From: Gammaproteobacteria bacterium
GTDB lineage: Bacteria; Pseudomonadota; Gammaproteobacteria; Steroidobacterales; Steroidobacteraceae
Length of the DNA: 64,000 nucleotides
NCBI GenBank assembly: GCA_028870275.1
Contig: JAGWPY010000067.1
Location: 1,884 to 65,883, forward strand
Reading direction: 5' to 3'
Part shown: in pieces, positions 36,667-47,300 of the stretch
Position numbering within the stretch: the stretch's first letter is position 1
Layout: every line of letters starts with the position of its first letter
Notes under the pieces: model-generated
Databases searched by the model: none
The model's input: only the letters and a program-made list of their open reading frames with translations
What the model was told of the DNA's origin: nothing
Translations under genes and position numbers: made by a program

Positions 36667-37631
36667 AGCGGCAGACGATGACGGGTCAGCGTCGCGGCGA
36701 TCGCGGCGAGCACGGCCATGCGTACCGCGACACCGTTGTTGACCTGTTCGCGGATCACCGATTGCGGACCGTCGGCAACCCTGGAGTCGATCTCGATACC
36801 GCGGTTCATCGGCCCCGGGTGCATTACGATCGCGTTCGGCGCGGCGAGCCGCAGCCTCGCCGGCGTCAGTCCGAAGTCGCGGAAATAGGCCGCGTCGTCC
36901 AGCGAGGCGTCGACCGCCATGCGTTCCTTCTGGATGCGCAGCATCATGACGACGTCCGCGTCGGCCAATCCGTCCTCGATGCGCGTGAAGCGCTGGGCGC
37001 CCCGGAACTCGTTCTCGTCGGGCAGGAGCGATTCCGGACCCACCAGGCGCAGGTCGGTCACGCCGAGCGTGGTGAGCGCCTGGGCGGTCGAGCGCGCCAC
37101 GCGCGAATGCCGGATGTCGCCGACGATCACGACCTTGAGGCCCTCGAATCGGCGCTTGTGGGTGCGAATCGTCAGCACGTCGAGCAGACCCTGGGTCGGG
37201 TGGGAACAATGCGCCTCGCCGGCGCTGATCACCGAGACGTGCGGGGCGACGTGATCGATCAGGAATTCCGGCAATCCGGCCTCGGTGTCCCGGATGACGA
37301 ACACGTCCGTATTCATGGCCTCGAGCGTGTACACCGTGTCGAGCATCGTCTCGCCCTTGACGCGCGAACTCGACTGCATGTCCATGTTGAGGACGTGCGC
37401 CCCGAGCCGGCGCGCCGCCAGGTCGAACGAGGCGCGAGTCCGCGTGCTCGGCTCGAAGAACAGGTTCGAGACGGTGACGCCGGCGAGTTCGCGGCCCTCG
37501 TAGGCGGGCTGTCCGGGGATGCGCCGATAATTCTCGGCGCGATCGAGCAGCGAGAGCAGGGTCTCTCGCGAAAGTCCCTCGAGCGTGACCAGGTGGCGCA
37601 ATCCGCCGGCGCTGTCGATCTGTGCTCTCAT
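36663..37631 (-). CDS. pyrB: aspartate carbamoyltransferase catalytic subunit
   Basis: ..NLFFEPSTRTRASF.., ..HPTQGLLD.., ..HPGPMNRG.. Confidence 0.95.
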   Translation of the reverse strand: MRAQIDSAGGLRHLVTLEGLSRETLLSLLDRAENYRRIPGQPAYEGRELAGVTVSNLFFEPSTRTRASFDLAARRLGAHVLNMDMQSSSRVKGETMLDTVYTLEAMNTDVFVIRDTEAGLPEFLIDHVAPHVSVISAGEAHCSHPTQGLLDVLTIRTHKRRFEGLKVVIVGDIRHSRVARSTAQALTTLGVTDLRLVGPESLLPDENEFRGAQRFTRIEDGLADADVVMMLRIQKERMAVDASLDDAAYFRDFGLTPARLRLAAPNAIVMHPGPMNRGIEIDSRVADGPQSVIREQVNNGVAVRMAVLAAIAATLTRHRLPL

Positions 37632-38092
37632 TCAGGCATTCCCGCTCTCGATTCGAACCACCGCTCCAGGATCACGCAGGCCGCAGCCGCATCGACATCG
37701 CCCTTGGCGACCCGCCGGCGACGGCGCCCGGTCGCACGCGCTTCGCGCAGCCGCATACCGGCCTCGAGCGAGGAATAGCGCTCGTCGACGAGTTCGACGC
37801 GAACCGAGAAACGATCGCCGAGCGTCGCGGCGAACGCGCGGGCCGCGCGTGCCAGCGGGCTCTCTGACCCATCGGCATTATACGGCAGTCCGACGACGAC
37901 GATTTCCGGCCGCCATTCGCGCAGCAGTGCCTCGATGGCGGGCCAAGGAGGCGTCTCGCCGGGCACCGCGAGGGCCGCGAGCGGCGAGGAGCCGCCGCTC
38001 ACCGTGTCTCCCGCAGCCACGCCGATCCGTCGCCGGCCGAAATCGAAGGCGAGGACGACTCCGGCGGCCGGCCGCGGCCGCCGCTCAGGCAT
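37628..38092 (-). CDS. ruvX: Holliday-junction resolvase-like pre-16S rRNA nuclease RuvX (YqgF)
   Basis: ..VLAFDFGRRRIGVAAGD..; 154 aa; ATGA overlap with pyrB. Confidence 0.88.
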   Translation of the reverse strand: MPERRPRPAAGVVLAFDFGRRRIGVAAGDTVSGGSSPLAALAVPGETPPWPAIEALLREWRPEIVVVGLPYNADGSESPLARAARAFAATLGDRFSVRVELVDERYSSLEAGMRLREARATGRRRRRVAKGDVDAAAACVILERWFESRAGMPE

Positions 38093-38648
38093 GGCCGCTG
38101 GTCGCGCTGATCCTCGATAGATCGACGCCGATCAGCCGGCCCGCCGCTTCCCAGCGCGCCTCGTAGGGCAGATCGAAGAGGATGCCGCGGTCGACCGGCG
38201 CGTTGAGCCAGGCATTCGCGCGGATCTCCTCCTCCAGCTGTCCGCCGTCCCAGCCGGCGTAGCCGAGTGTGACCACCGCCTCGGCGGGGCCTTCGCCGCG
38301 GGCCATGGCCGCGAGAATGTCGCGCGAGGTGGTCACGTGAATGCGCTCCGATACCTTGAGCGTCGAATCCCATTCGCCTCCGGCCGGATGCACCACGAAA
38401 CCACGGTCGGTCTGCATCGGTCCGCCGCGCAGCACCTTGCGTTCGCTGAGCGGGCCGGATTCCACCTGGATCTCGAGTTGCGCGAAGATCTCGGCCATGC
38501 GCATCGGCAGTGGCTTGTTCAGGATCAGGGCGAGCGCGCCGCGCGGGCCGTGCTCGCAGACCAAGGCCACGGTCTGGACGAAGTTGGGATCCCCCAAGGA
38601 GGGCATCGCGATCAACAGTTGATTGGTCAGATAGCCTTCATCGCTCAT
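38085..38648 (-). CDS. algH: YqgE/AlgH family protein
   Basis: True start MSDEGYLTNQLLIAMPSLGDPNFVQTVALVCEH at 38648 (187 aa); the upstream part of the track ORF is discarded. Confidence 0.88.
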   Translation of the reverse strand: MSDEGYLTNQLLIAMPSLGDPNFVQTVALVCEHGPRGALALILNKPLPMRMAEIFAQLEIQVESGPLSERKVLRGGPMQTDRGFVVHPAGGEWDSTLKVSERIHVTTSRDILAAMARGEGPAEAVVTLGYAGWDGGQLEEEIRANAWLNAPVDRGILFDLPYEARWEAAGRLIGVDLSRISATSGHA

Positions 38649-38698
38649 GGGCCGACATGATCGCGCAGAGGCGCGACGCTGGCGAGTCCCCGCTCCGT

Positions 38699-39652
38699 CT
38701 ACGGTTGCGGCGCAGCGCCCGATCCCGGCGCCGTCGCCGGTGCCGAGCCTGGGGGTGCATAGTAGACATGCGATCCGTGCACCTCGCCGGCGAGGAACTC
38801 CCATTGGTAGGCGATCCTGATCTGGTCGTGTTTGGCAGCTAATTGTCGCGGAAATGGCGCAAATGGCGCCGATAACGTCAAGATCCGAATCGCTGCGTCG
38901 TCGATGTCCGGACGACCGCTACTGTGCAGGATGCGCATGTGCGCCAGGCGGCCATCGGCATCGATCGTGACCGCGATCACCGGCGTCGCGGTGCCGCCCG
39001 CGTCGCGCGCCGCCGTCGGGAAATTGCGCGTGCCGATCCGCTCGACGCGCCGGCGCCAGCGGTCGAGGTACTCGGCGACGTCGACCGCCCGGGTGTCCGC
39101 GGCGATCCAGAGCTGCCGGCGCGACTGGCCGCGCAGACGCAGCTCGACGCCGTCGTCGTTCGATTCCATGGCGAAGTCCGCCCGGTTCTCGAGCCGGATC
39201 GGCAATTGCGCGGCGCTGGAAGCCGCCGCCGCGCCGGTCAGATACCGGACCCGGGTCGCTTGACCGGTGGTGGTGAGCACCGCGCCGTCGCCGGACAGGC
39301 TTCCCTGGCGGCGATAGTCGAGGGCCCGTCCATCCTCGACCCCCGGGTGATTCACCGCCGCAGGCGAGGACTTGGGAATCAGCGCCCGCGCATCCGCAAG
39401 CGTGTTGCCCGCGCCGAGCTGGCTGCGCTCGGACAGGTAGGCGGCGTGCGGGTTGGCCGCGACCGCCGGCGCGCGGTCGTCGACGAGAATGACCTCGAGG
39501 CCGCTTGCGCGACCGGAGGCGTCCCGCGAGGGCCGGAACGTGATGCCGAGGATCAGGATCGCGTGCAGCAGCGCCGCCAGGAACACCGTCGTGAGCAGCC
39601 GATCCTGCGCAGGCGGCAGGCCCTTTCGCAGCAGTTCGGCCTCATCGCCCAC
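38699..39652 (-). CDS. tonB: TonB-family energy transducer (position equivalent to P. aeruginosa PA0406, which I recall as TonB3)
   Basis: N-terminal TM LLTTVFLAALLHAILILGI; C-terminal TonB domain ..AVTIDADGRLAHMRILHSSGRPDIDDAAIRIL. Lies between gshB and algH. Confidence 0.75.
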   Translation of the reverse strand: MGDEAELLRKGLPPAQDRLLTTVFLAALLHAILILGITFRPSRDASGRASGLEVILVDDRAPAVAANPHAAYLSERSQLGAGNTLADARALIPKSSPAAVNHPGVEDGRALDYRRQGSLSGDGAVLTTTGQATRVRYLTGAAAASSAAQLPIRLENRADFAMESNDDGVELRLRGQSRRQLWIAADTRAVDVAEYLDRWRRRVERIGTRNFPTAARDAGGTATPVIAVTIDADGRLAHMRILHSSGRPDIDDAAIRILTLSAPFAPFPRQLAAKHDQIRIAYQWEFLAGEVHGSHVYYAPPGSAPATAPGSGAAPQP

Positions 39653-40607
39653 CGCTCAGGCGCCTCTCGATCGCCTCGATCAGCAGTCCGCCGATGTCGA
39701 GCCCATGCTTGTGGTCGAGTTCACGTATGCCGGTCGGGCTGGTCACGTTGATTTCGGTCACGTAGTCGCCGATCACGTCGAGTCCGACGAAGATCATGCC
39801 CGCCTCGCGCAGCTTCGGCCCTATTATCGCGCAGAGCCAGCGGTCGCGATCGTTCAGCGGCCGGCTCTCCGCCCGGGCGCCGGCCGCGAGATTGCCGCGA
39901 TTGTCGCCCGAACTCGGCATGCGTTGCAGCGCGTAGGGCACCGGCTCGCCGTCGACCAGGATGACCCGGCAGTCGCCGGCCGTGGTGATTTCAGGCAGAT
40001 AGCGCTGCACGATCGCATAACGCTGGCCGTAGTCGGTCAGCGTCTCGAAGACGACGTTGCGGTTCTTGTCGCCATCCTCGAGCACGAAGATGGACCGTCC
40101 GCCCATGCCGTGCAGCGGCTTGCAGACCGCCTTGCCATGTTCGCGGAGGAACCCGGCCATGTCGCCCATGTCGCGGGTGATCAGCGTCGGCGCGCAGCAT
40201 TCTGCGAACCAGGCGGTGTAGACCTTCTCGTTCATGTCGCGCAGTCCGCGCGGATCGTTGACCACCAAAGCCCCCTGGTCGCGGGCCCGGTCCAAGATGT
40301 AGGTGGTGTACACGTACTCGGTGTCGAACGGCGGATCCTTGCGCATCAGGATCGCGTCGCACTCGCCGAGACGCAGGGTCTGCGTGGCACCGAACTCGTA
40401 CCACCGCTTGGCGTCGTCCCGGACCTCGAGCGCGCGGACGCGGCCCATCGCGATGCCGTCGCGCAGCCAGATGTCCTTCTGTTCGGCGTAGAGCAGCCGA
40501 TGTCCCCGGCGGCTGGCGGCCAGCATCATCGCGAGCGTGCTGTCCTTGACCGGCTTGATGCTCTCGATCGGGTCCATCACGATCAGCAGGCGGGATTCTG
40601 GAGCCAT
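39642..40607 (-). CDS. gshB: glutathione synthetase
   Basis: 321 aa ATP-grasp, ..MDPIESIKPVKDSTLAMM.., ..VCKPLHGMGGRSIF.., ..GLDVIGDYVTEINVTSPTG. Confidence 0.93.
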   Translation of the reverse strand: MAPESRLLIVMDPIESIKPVKDSTLAMMLAASRRGHRLLYAEQKDIWLRDGIAMGRVRALEVRDDAKRWYEFGATQTLRLGECDAILMRKDPPFDTEYVYTTYILDRARDQGALVVNDPRGLRDMNEKVYTAWFAECCAPTLITRDMGDMAGFLREHGKAVCKPLHGMGGRSIFVLEDGDKNRNVVFETLTDYGQRYAIVQRYLPEITTAGDCRVILVDGEPVPYALQRMPSSGDNRGNLAAGARAESRPLNDRDRWLCAIIGPKLREAGMIFVGLDVIGDYVTEINVTSPTGIRELDHKHGLDIGGLLIEAIERRLSGGR

Positions 40608-40851
40608 GGGATTTCGGTTCGGTTTCGGCAGCCGGCGACGGCTCGCAGTCTAGCGCAAGCCGCTCCCCGCGATCAGATCGGAAAATTGTGAACCAGTGCG
40701 CCGTCGCTGCGACGCGCTTGCCGCGAAATGTGACCCGGTCGCAATGGCCCGGAAGGGCTGGATATGTTAAAAAGCCCTGACATTTAGGCACCTGCGCGCG
40801 AGCCCCGCGGCGGCTGCGGGAAGTTTTCCGAAGGGGTGTCCGAAGGATCCC

Positions 40852-41247
40852 ATGAACGCCAGCGAAAAATCCAAGTTGACCGGCCTCAAGGTGCTGGTCA
40901 TCGACGACAGCAAGACGATCCGCCGCACCGCCGAGACCCTGCTCAGCAAGGAGGGTTGCGAGGTGTTCACGGCGATCGACGGCTTCGACGCGCTCTCGAA
41001 GATCGCGGATCATCAGCCGGACATCGTCTTCGTCGACATCATGATGCCGCGTCTCGACGGCTATCAGACCTGCTCGCTGATCAAGCACAACAAGGTCTAC
41101 AAGCAGATACCCGTGATCATGCTCTCCAGCAAGGACGGGCTGTTCGATCGCGCCCGCGGCCGCATCGTCGGCTCCGAACACTATCTGACCAAGCCCTTCA
41201 CCAAGGACGAGCTGTTGGGAGCGATCGAAGCGCACGTGGGAAAGTGA
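40852..41247 (+). CDS. pilG: CheY-like response regulator PilG
   Basis: LKVLVIDDSKTIRRTAETLLSKEGCEVFTAIDGFDALSKIADHQPDIVFVDIMMPRLDGYQTC is near-identical in pattern to Pseudomonas PilG. Confidence 0.93.
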   Translation: MNASEKSKLTGLKVLVIDDSKTIRRTAETLLSKEGCEVFTAIDGFDALSKIADHQPDIVFVDIMMPRLDGYQTCSLIKHNKVYKQIPVIMLSSKDGLFDRARGRIVGSEHYLTKPFTKDELLGAIEAHVGK

Positions 41248-41260
41248 CGGAGAATCCGCG

Positions 41261-41626
41261 ATGGCACTGATCCTGATTGTCGACGACTCACCGACCGAAG
41301 TGTTCGTGATGCAGAAGGCGCTCGAGAAGCACGGATTCCGCACCGCCGCGGCCGAAAACGGCGCCGAGGGCATCCGCAAGGCGAAGGAAATGAAACCAGA
41401 CCTGATTTTCATGGACATCGTCATGCCCGGCGTGAATGGCTATCAGGCGACGCGCACGTTGATCAACGATCCGGAGACCCGCGCGATCCCGATCATCATG
41501 GTGACCACCAAGGGTCAGGAGACCGACCGGGTCTGGGGCTTGCGGCAAGGCGCGGTCGACTATCTCGTCAAGCCGGTGTCCGCGCAGGCGCTGGTCGAGA
41601 AGGCGCAGGCTGCGCTCGCCTCATGA
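41261..41626 (+). CDS. pilH: CheY-like response regulator PilH
   Basis: MALILIVDDSPTEVFVMQKALEKHGF..DLIFMDIVMPGVNGYQ..KP. Confidence 0.9.
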   Translation: MALILIVDDSPTEVFVMQKALEKHGFRTAAAENGAEGIRKAKEMKPDLIFMDIVMPGVNGYQATRTLINDPETRAIPIIMVTTKGQETDRVWGLRQGAVDYLVKPVSAQALVEKAQAALAS

Positions 41627-42201
41627 GCGCGACCGAGAGCGGGCACGTCGGCAATCTGCGCGGCCTGCGGGATCGTCCGTTCGAGTTGCTGAAGGAACTC
41701 GAGAAGCGCAGTCGTGGCAGCACCACGACCGCCTCGGTCGAGCCCGAGTCGGGCGCCGAATGGGTAGGCGTTGCCTTTCGGATGGGAGGAGAGACCTTCC
41801 TGGTGGCGCGTGAAGAGACCCGTGAGGTGCTCGGCTTCCCCGCCGCGGTGACTCGTATTCCCGGCGCAAGGCCCTGGGTGAAGGGCCTCGCCAACATTCG
41901 CGGCCAGTTGTTGCCGATGATCGACCTGCGGCAGTTCCTGGGCAGCGGCGTGGCGGTCGCCGGGCGCAATACCCGCGTGATCGTGGTGCAGCATCGGGAG
42001 ATACCGGCCGGCCTGATGATCGACGAGGTCCACGGCTTCCGGCGTTTCGCCGAAAAGGAGTTCAGCGCGGATCCGCCGCCCACCGTGATTCGCTGCGATC
42101 GCTACCTGGCCGGAGCCTTCCGCCGCGGCGGCGAGGTGTGGCCTGTCCTCAGTCTGAAGAGCCTGGTCGAGAGCCCGACCTTCCTGCAGGCGGCCAGCTG
42201 A
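41623..42201 (+). CDS. pilI: CheW-like coupling protein PilI
   Basis: ATGA overlap with pilH; ..WVKGLANIRGQLLPMIDLRQFLG.. CheW fold. Confidence 0.85.
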   Translation: MSATESGHVGNLRGLRDRPFELLKELEKRSRGSTTTASVEPESGAEWVGVAFRMGGETFLVAREETREVLGFPAAVTRIPGARPWVKGLANIRGQLLPMIDLRQFLGSGVAVAGRNTRVIVVQHREIPAGLMIDEVHGFRRFAEKEFSADPPPTVIRCDRYLAGAFRRGGEVWPVLSLKSLVESPTFLQAAS

Positions 42202-42221
42202 AGCGGCCGCGGGATCGGAAC

Positions 42222-44279
42222 ATGCAACAGACAAACGACGTCAATCGATGGGCTTCCCTGCCGCCGATCCTCGGTGCGGCCGCCGTATGCGGGGTGGCGC
42301 TCGCGGCGGCTCTGCTCGCGTTTGCGCGCCTCGGCGACGCAGGCGCTCCCGGAGGCAGGCTCGCGCTGGAACTGCGCAGCCTGCCGCTCGAGGCGCAGAA
42401 CGCGTTGCGCGGCGACGCGACGTCGTTCGCGGCCCTGCGGGCGAGCCTTGCGCAGGCCGAGAACCTGCGCGCGCGGGTGCCCGCGGTGGCGGCGGCCCCC
42501 GCCTGGCCCCGTCTGGCGGCGTCCATCGACAGCGTCGTCGCGGCTCGCGAGGCGGTGCGGAACGTACATTCGGCGAGCGTCGCGATCCGTGCGCTCTCTC
42601 CGCAACTGTTGTCGCAGCTCGGTGACCTCGCCGGCGCCAGCGGCCTGCAGAAACTCGCCGGCATGGGCGGCCGCCTGGAGCGTTTCGAACTCGACGCGCG
42701 GCGGCTTCAACAGGACGTCGATGCGCTCGCGGCCGGGGTCGGCGATGCGGCGGCGACCGCGCAGCGCCTCGCCGATGGGCTGGAGTCCCTCGATCAGGGG
42801 GCGCGGGCCATGATCGGCGCCGACGTGAATGCCGCCGCCGCCGCCGACCCGCGCGCCCGGGCCTTCGATCGCAGCGAGCGCAGCTTCGGTCTCGCGGTCC
42901 GACAGGCGATCGCGGCCGCCGAGCCCCTCGCGAAGGCGCAGACGGCCGTGGCCGCCCTGCCGGGACTCGCCAGCGCCTTGGCGGTGACCGCCTCTCCCGC
43001 CACGAGCGACGCGAGTGCGCCGAGGCTCGTACCATGGATCTTCGCGTCCCTGGCCATTGCGCTGCTATCCCTGGTAGCGCTCTTCTGGGCCTATCGCAAG
43101 GCGCTCGACGCCCGTCGCACGGTCGAACTGCGGGTGCGCGAGAACGAGCGCAATCAGGAGGCGATCATGCGGCTGCTCGACGAATTGTCGAGCCTCGCCG
43201 ACGGCGACCTTACCGTGCAGGCGACAGTGACCGAGGACATCACGGGGGCGATCGCCGATTCGATCAATTACGCGATCGAGGCCTTGCGCGAACTGGTCGC
43301 CACGATCAACGAGGGTGCGATCCAGCTCGACGGCGCGATGAAACAGGCCCAGGCGGCCGCCGGGCACATGGCCAAGGCGAGCGCGGCGCAATCCCGCCAG
43401 ATCTCCTCGGCGAGCGAGTCAATGGCGGAGATGGCGGTTTCGATCGAGGAAGTGTCCGGAACGTCCGAGCGCTGTTCGGACGTCGCCAGACACTCGGTCG
43501 ACGTCGCCCACAAGGGCGGCGACGCGGTGCGCCGGACGATCGACGGAATGAACGCGATCCGCGAAACCATCCAGGAGACGAGCAAGCGCATCAAGCGGCT
43601 CGGCGAGAGCTCGCAGGAGATCGGCAACATCGTCGAACTGATCAACGACATCGCCGAGCAGACCAACATCCTGGCGCTGAACGCCTCGATACAGGCGTCC
43701 ATGGCCGGCGAGGCAGGCCGCGGCTTCGCGGTGGTCGCCGACGAGGTGCAGCGTCTGGCCGAGCGAGCGGCGAACGCGACCAAGCAGATCGAGGTTCTGG
43801 TGCGCACCATCCAGACCGATACCAACGAAGCCGTCGTGTCGATGGAGCGCAGCACCACCGACGTCGTCGGAGGCGCGCTGCTCGCGGAGAACGCCGGTGC
43901 GGCGCTCGATGAGATCGAACAGGTCTCCAACCAGATCGCCAGCCTGGTGCAGAACATTTCCGCCAGCGCGCGGCAGCAGGCGGCCGCCTCGGGCAACATC
44001 TCGAAGAACATGCAGGTGGTGCGCGAGATCTCCAGCCAGACCGCCGACAGTTCCTCGGCGACCGCCGCATCGATCGCGAAGCTCGCGGCGCTCGCCGCGC
44101 AACTGCGCCGTTCGGTGGCGGGCTTCCGGCTGCCGGATACCGGGGGCGCGACCACGACGCTGGTCGGCACCTCGTCCACGCGCTTGCCCTCGCTCGGCGA
44201 GCCCACGGCGCCCCGGACCGCGGCTCCGGCGGCGGAGGCCTCCGCGAAGCTGCGACGGGCGAGCGGTTACGGCGCTTGA
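42222..44279 (+). CDS. pilJ: methyl-accepting chemotaxis-type receptor PilJ
   Basis: Two TM segments, HAMP, and the signalling hairpin ..IVELINDIAEQTNILALNASIQASMAGEAGRGFAVVADEVQRLAERA. Start set at ATG 42222. Confidence 0.9.
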   Translation: MQQTNDVNRWASLPPILGAAAVCGVALAAALLAFARLGDAGAPGGRLALELRSLPLEAQNALRGDATSFAALRASLAQAENLRARVPAVAAAPAWPRLAASIDSVVAAREAVRNVHSASVAIRALSPQLLSQLGDLAGASGLQKLAGMGGRLERFELDARRLQQDVDALAAGVGDAAATAQRLADGLESLDQGARAMIGADVNAAAAADPRARAFDRSERSFGLAVRQAIAAAEPLAKAQTAVAALPGLASALAVTASPATSDASAPRLVPWIFASLAIALLSLVALFWAYRKALDARRTVELRVRENERNQEAIMRLLDELSSLADGDLTVQATVTEDITGAIADSINYAIEALRELVATINEGAIQLDGAMKQAQAAAGHMAKASAAQSRQISSASESMAEMAVSIEEVSGTSERCSDVARHSVDVAHKGGDAVRRTIDGMNAIRETIQETSKRIKRLGESSQEIGNIVELINDIAEQTNILALNASIQASMAGEAGRGFAVVADEVQRLAERAANATKQIEVLVRTIQTDTNEAVVSMERSTTDVVGGALLAENAGAALDEIEQVSNQIASLVQNISASARQQAAASGNISKNMQVVREISSQTADSSSATAASIAKLAALAAQLRRSVAGFRLPDTGGATTTLVGTSSTRLPSLGEPTAPRTAAPAAEASAKLRRASGYGA

Positions 44280-44300
44280 GCCGCGGCCGGGAATGACGAC

Positions 44301-47300
44301 ATGACGGACCTCAGCTCACAGACCCTGCACGTCGTGGCCAAGGAGCTCTCGGCGACCCTGGGCGAGGCCCGGGTCGCACTCGAGGCCTACGCCGAGCGGA
44401 CCGACCAGCGCGAGATGCTCGAGCGGTGTGCCGATCTGCTGCACGTCGCACATGGCGTGCTGCGCATGGTCGAGGTGTACGGAGCCGCGTTGCTCGCCGA
44501 GGAAATGGAGCACGTGACCCGCTTTCTGCTCGAGGCGGTCGACGACGAGAAGCGCCAGACGGACGGACTCGACGCGCTGATGCGGGCGATGGTGCAATTG
44601 CCGACCTACCTCGAACGCGTGCTCTCCGGCGGACGCGATCTGGCGTTGGTGCTGCTGCCCCTGCTCAACGACCTGCGATCGGTGCGCGGCAGTCCCCTGC
44701 TGTCCGAGGGCACACTGCTGCTGCTCAACCTGAAGTCCGACCAGCGTCCGCCGCCGCGGGCCGACGGCGAGGCCCACGTGCCGGTGGCGCTCTGGGCGCG
44801 TCGGCTGAGACCGCGATTCCAGGTGGGGCTGCTCGGACTGATTCGCGGCGAGCGCGCCGAACAGAACCTCGAGATCATGGCCAAGGTGGCCGAAAAGCTC
44901 GAGCAGGTCGCCACCACGCAGCCGGTATTCCAGTTCTGGTGGGTCACGGGCGCGATCCTCGAGGCGCTGCGCGCCAACGGTCTGGAGGCGAGCGCGACGC
45001 TCAAACGCCTGCTCGGGCAGGCCGACCGGCAGATCAAGCTGTTGTACGAAGGCGGCGAGGCCCGATACTGCGAGAACCCCCCGGTCGAACTGCTGAACAA
45101 TCTCCTCTACTACGTCGCGCGTTCGAGCGTCGGCGGCGGGCGCATCGCGGCGGTGCGCGCATCGTTCAAGCTGGGCGAACTCCTGCCGGTCGACGATACG
45201 GTCGAGCAGGAGCGCGACAGCCTCTCCGCGCCGAGCGTGAAACTCATGCGCACGGTCGCGGCGGCGATCAAGGAGGACCTGGCCCAGGTCAAGGACGTGC
45301 TGGACATCTTCGTCCGGCGCGGCGGCGGACGGCCGGAGGAGATCGAGCCCCAGCTCGAACTGCTCAAGAAGATCAGCGACACCCTCGGGGTGCTCGGGCT
45401 CGGCGAGCTGCGTCAGCGCGTGCAGCAGGAGATCGGCGAGCTGCACGCCATGCTGGAGTCGGGCCGCGCTCCCACGGAGGATGCGCTCATCAAGGTCGCG
45501 AGCGTGCTGCTGTCGGTCGAGGACAGCCTCGACGAGCAGCTCGTGAGATTGATCCTGCCGACGGCGGCGAAGGCAGGCGCCGGACCCGAGGAGGGTGAGG
45601 ATCTCGACTTCCGCCAGGTCAGCGAGGCCGTACTGCGCGAGTGCAGCGTCAACCTGGCCCGCATCAAGGAGGCGATCTCGGTCGCGGTGCAGAAGCCGGA
45701 CGACGGCTCGCCGCAGGGCCTGGACAACGTGCCGCAACTGCTGCGCGGCATCACCGCCGGCCTGCTCATGCTCGGCAAGGGACGCGCCGCCGAACTCATG
45801 GACTCGATCGGCGTGCACGTCCGGGAGATCGTCGAACCCGGCGCGCCCGCGGCGGATCCGCTGCGGCTCGAGCGCATCGCCGACGCGATCGTGAGCATCG
45901 AGTACTACATGGAAACGATCCAGAGCGGTCGCGCCGACCCCTGGTACATGCTCGACAACGCCGAAACCTGCGTGAAGGCGCTATCCGAGGACCTGGCGCA
46001 CCGCCTGCCGGAAGTCGCCCTGCCGACCGGCGAGCCTGCAGCGACCGTGCGAATCGATCCGCACGAAACGGTCGCGCTGGTGCGTACCGTGCAGTTGCCG
46101 CGCGCCGAGCCGGCGGAGCCGGCGCTCGACCCTCAGCTCGTCGAACTGTTCATCGAGGAGGCCAAGGAGGAGCTGGAATCGATCGGCCGCAGTTTCCCGT
46201 CCTGGGAACAGAATCCGATGGACGTCGACGCGCTGGTGACGATGCGCCGCAGCTTCCACACGCTGAAGGGCAGCGGACGCATGGTCGGGGCGCGGGTCAT
46301 CGGCGATTTCGCCTGGTCGATCGAGAACCTGCTGAACCGCATCATCGACAAGACGCTGACGCGTACGCCCGCGATCGTCGCGGTGATCGGCGAAGCGGTC
46401 GCCGCGCTCCCCAGATTGATCGAGCAGCTCGAGACCGGTCGTCCGTCCGGGGTCGCGGTCGAGCACATCGTCGGTCGGGCGCATGCCTGCGCCGGTGCGC
46501 GCGAGGCGCAGGCCGCCGCCGCAGCGGGGTCCGCGCCGGCCGAGTCGACGCAATCCGTGCCGGCGGCCGATCGCGCCGAGACCGAAGCGCCGGTGGTCGG
46601 CATGGACCCGGCCCTGCACGAGATCTACAGCAAGGAAGCGACGGCCCACCTCGCCGCGATCCGCGAATATCTCGGCAAGCGCCGCGGCCAGCTCGCGCCG
46701 CACGACCTGCCCGAAGGCATCTACCGCGCGGTGCACACGCTGTGCGGCAGTTCCAAGATGGCCGAAGCGCGCCATGGCATCCGCGTGACCGAACCGCTCA
46801 ATCACTACCTGCGCAAGGTCTATGAATCGGGTCTGGGGCTGCCCGACGAGGGCCTGCAGGCGCTCGACCAGGCGGTCGAGGCGATCGACAACGTGATCGC
46901 CCACATCGACGAGTCCACGGTGTTCTTCGCCGAACAGCCGCGGCTGCTCGAGCGCATCCGAGCGCTCGAGGCCGAGCTCGACGCCGAGCTGGCGCGCGCC
47001 GCCGAGGACACGGCCAATTCCCAGGTCATGCCCGCGCTCGCCGAGCCTTCGCCGGGCGGACTCGCACCCCCGGCCGCGGTCCCCGCGGCCGCCATCGAGC
47101 CCGAGCCCTTCGACGCCGAAATCGCCGGAATCTACGGCGAGGAGGCCACGGAGCTGCTCGAGGGCGCGCAATCTGCGCTCGCGGCCTGGACCGGGGATCG
47201 CCGCGACAAGGCCCCCGTCGCCGATTTGCAGCGACGCCTGCACACGCTCAAGGGCGGGGCGCGCATGGCCGGGATCTCCGCGATGGGCGATCTCAGCCAC

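Noticed and set aside
40729-40743. CRP/Vfr-like site TGTGACCCGGTCGCA upstream of pilG
   Set aside because: The half-sites are separated by 5 nt rather than 6, and the second half-site is degenerate. Not distinguishable from chance by eye.
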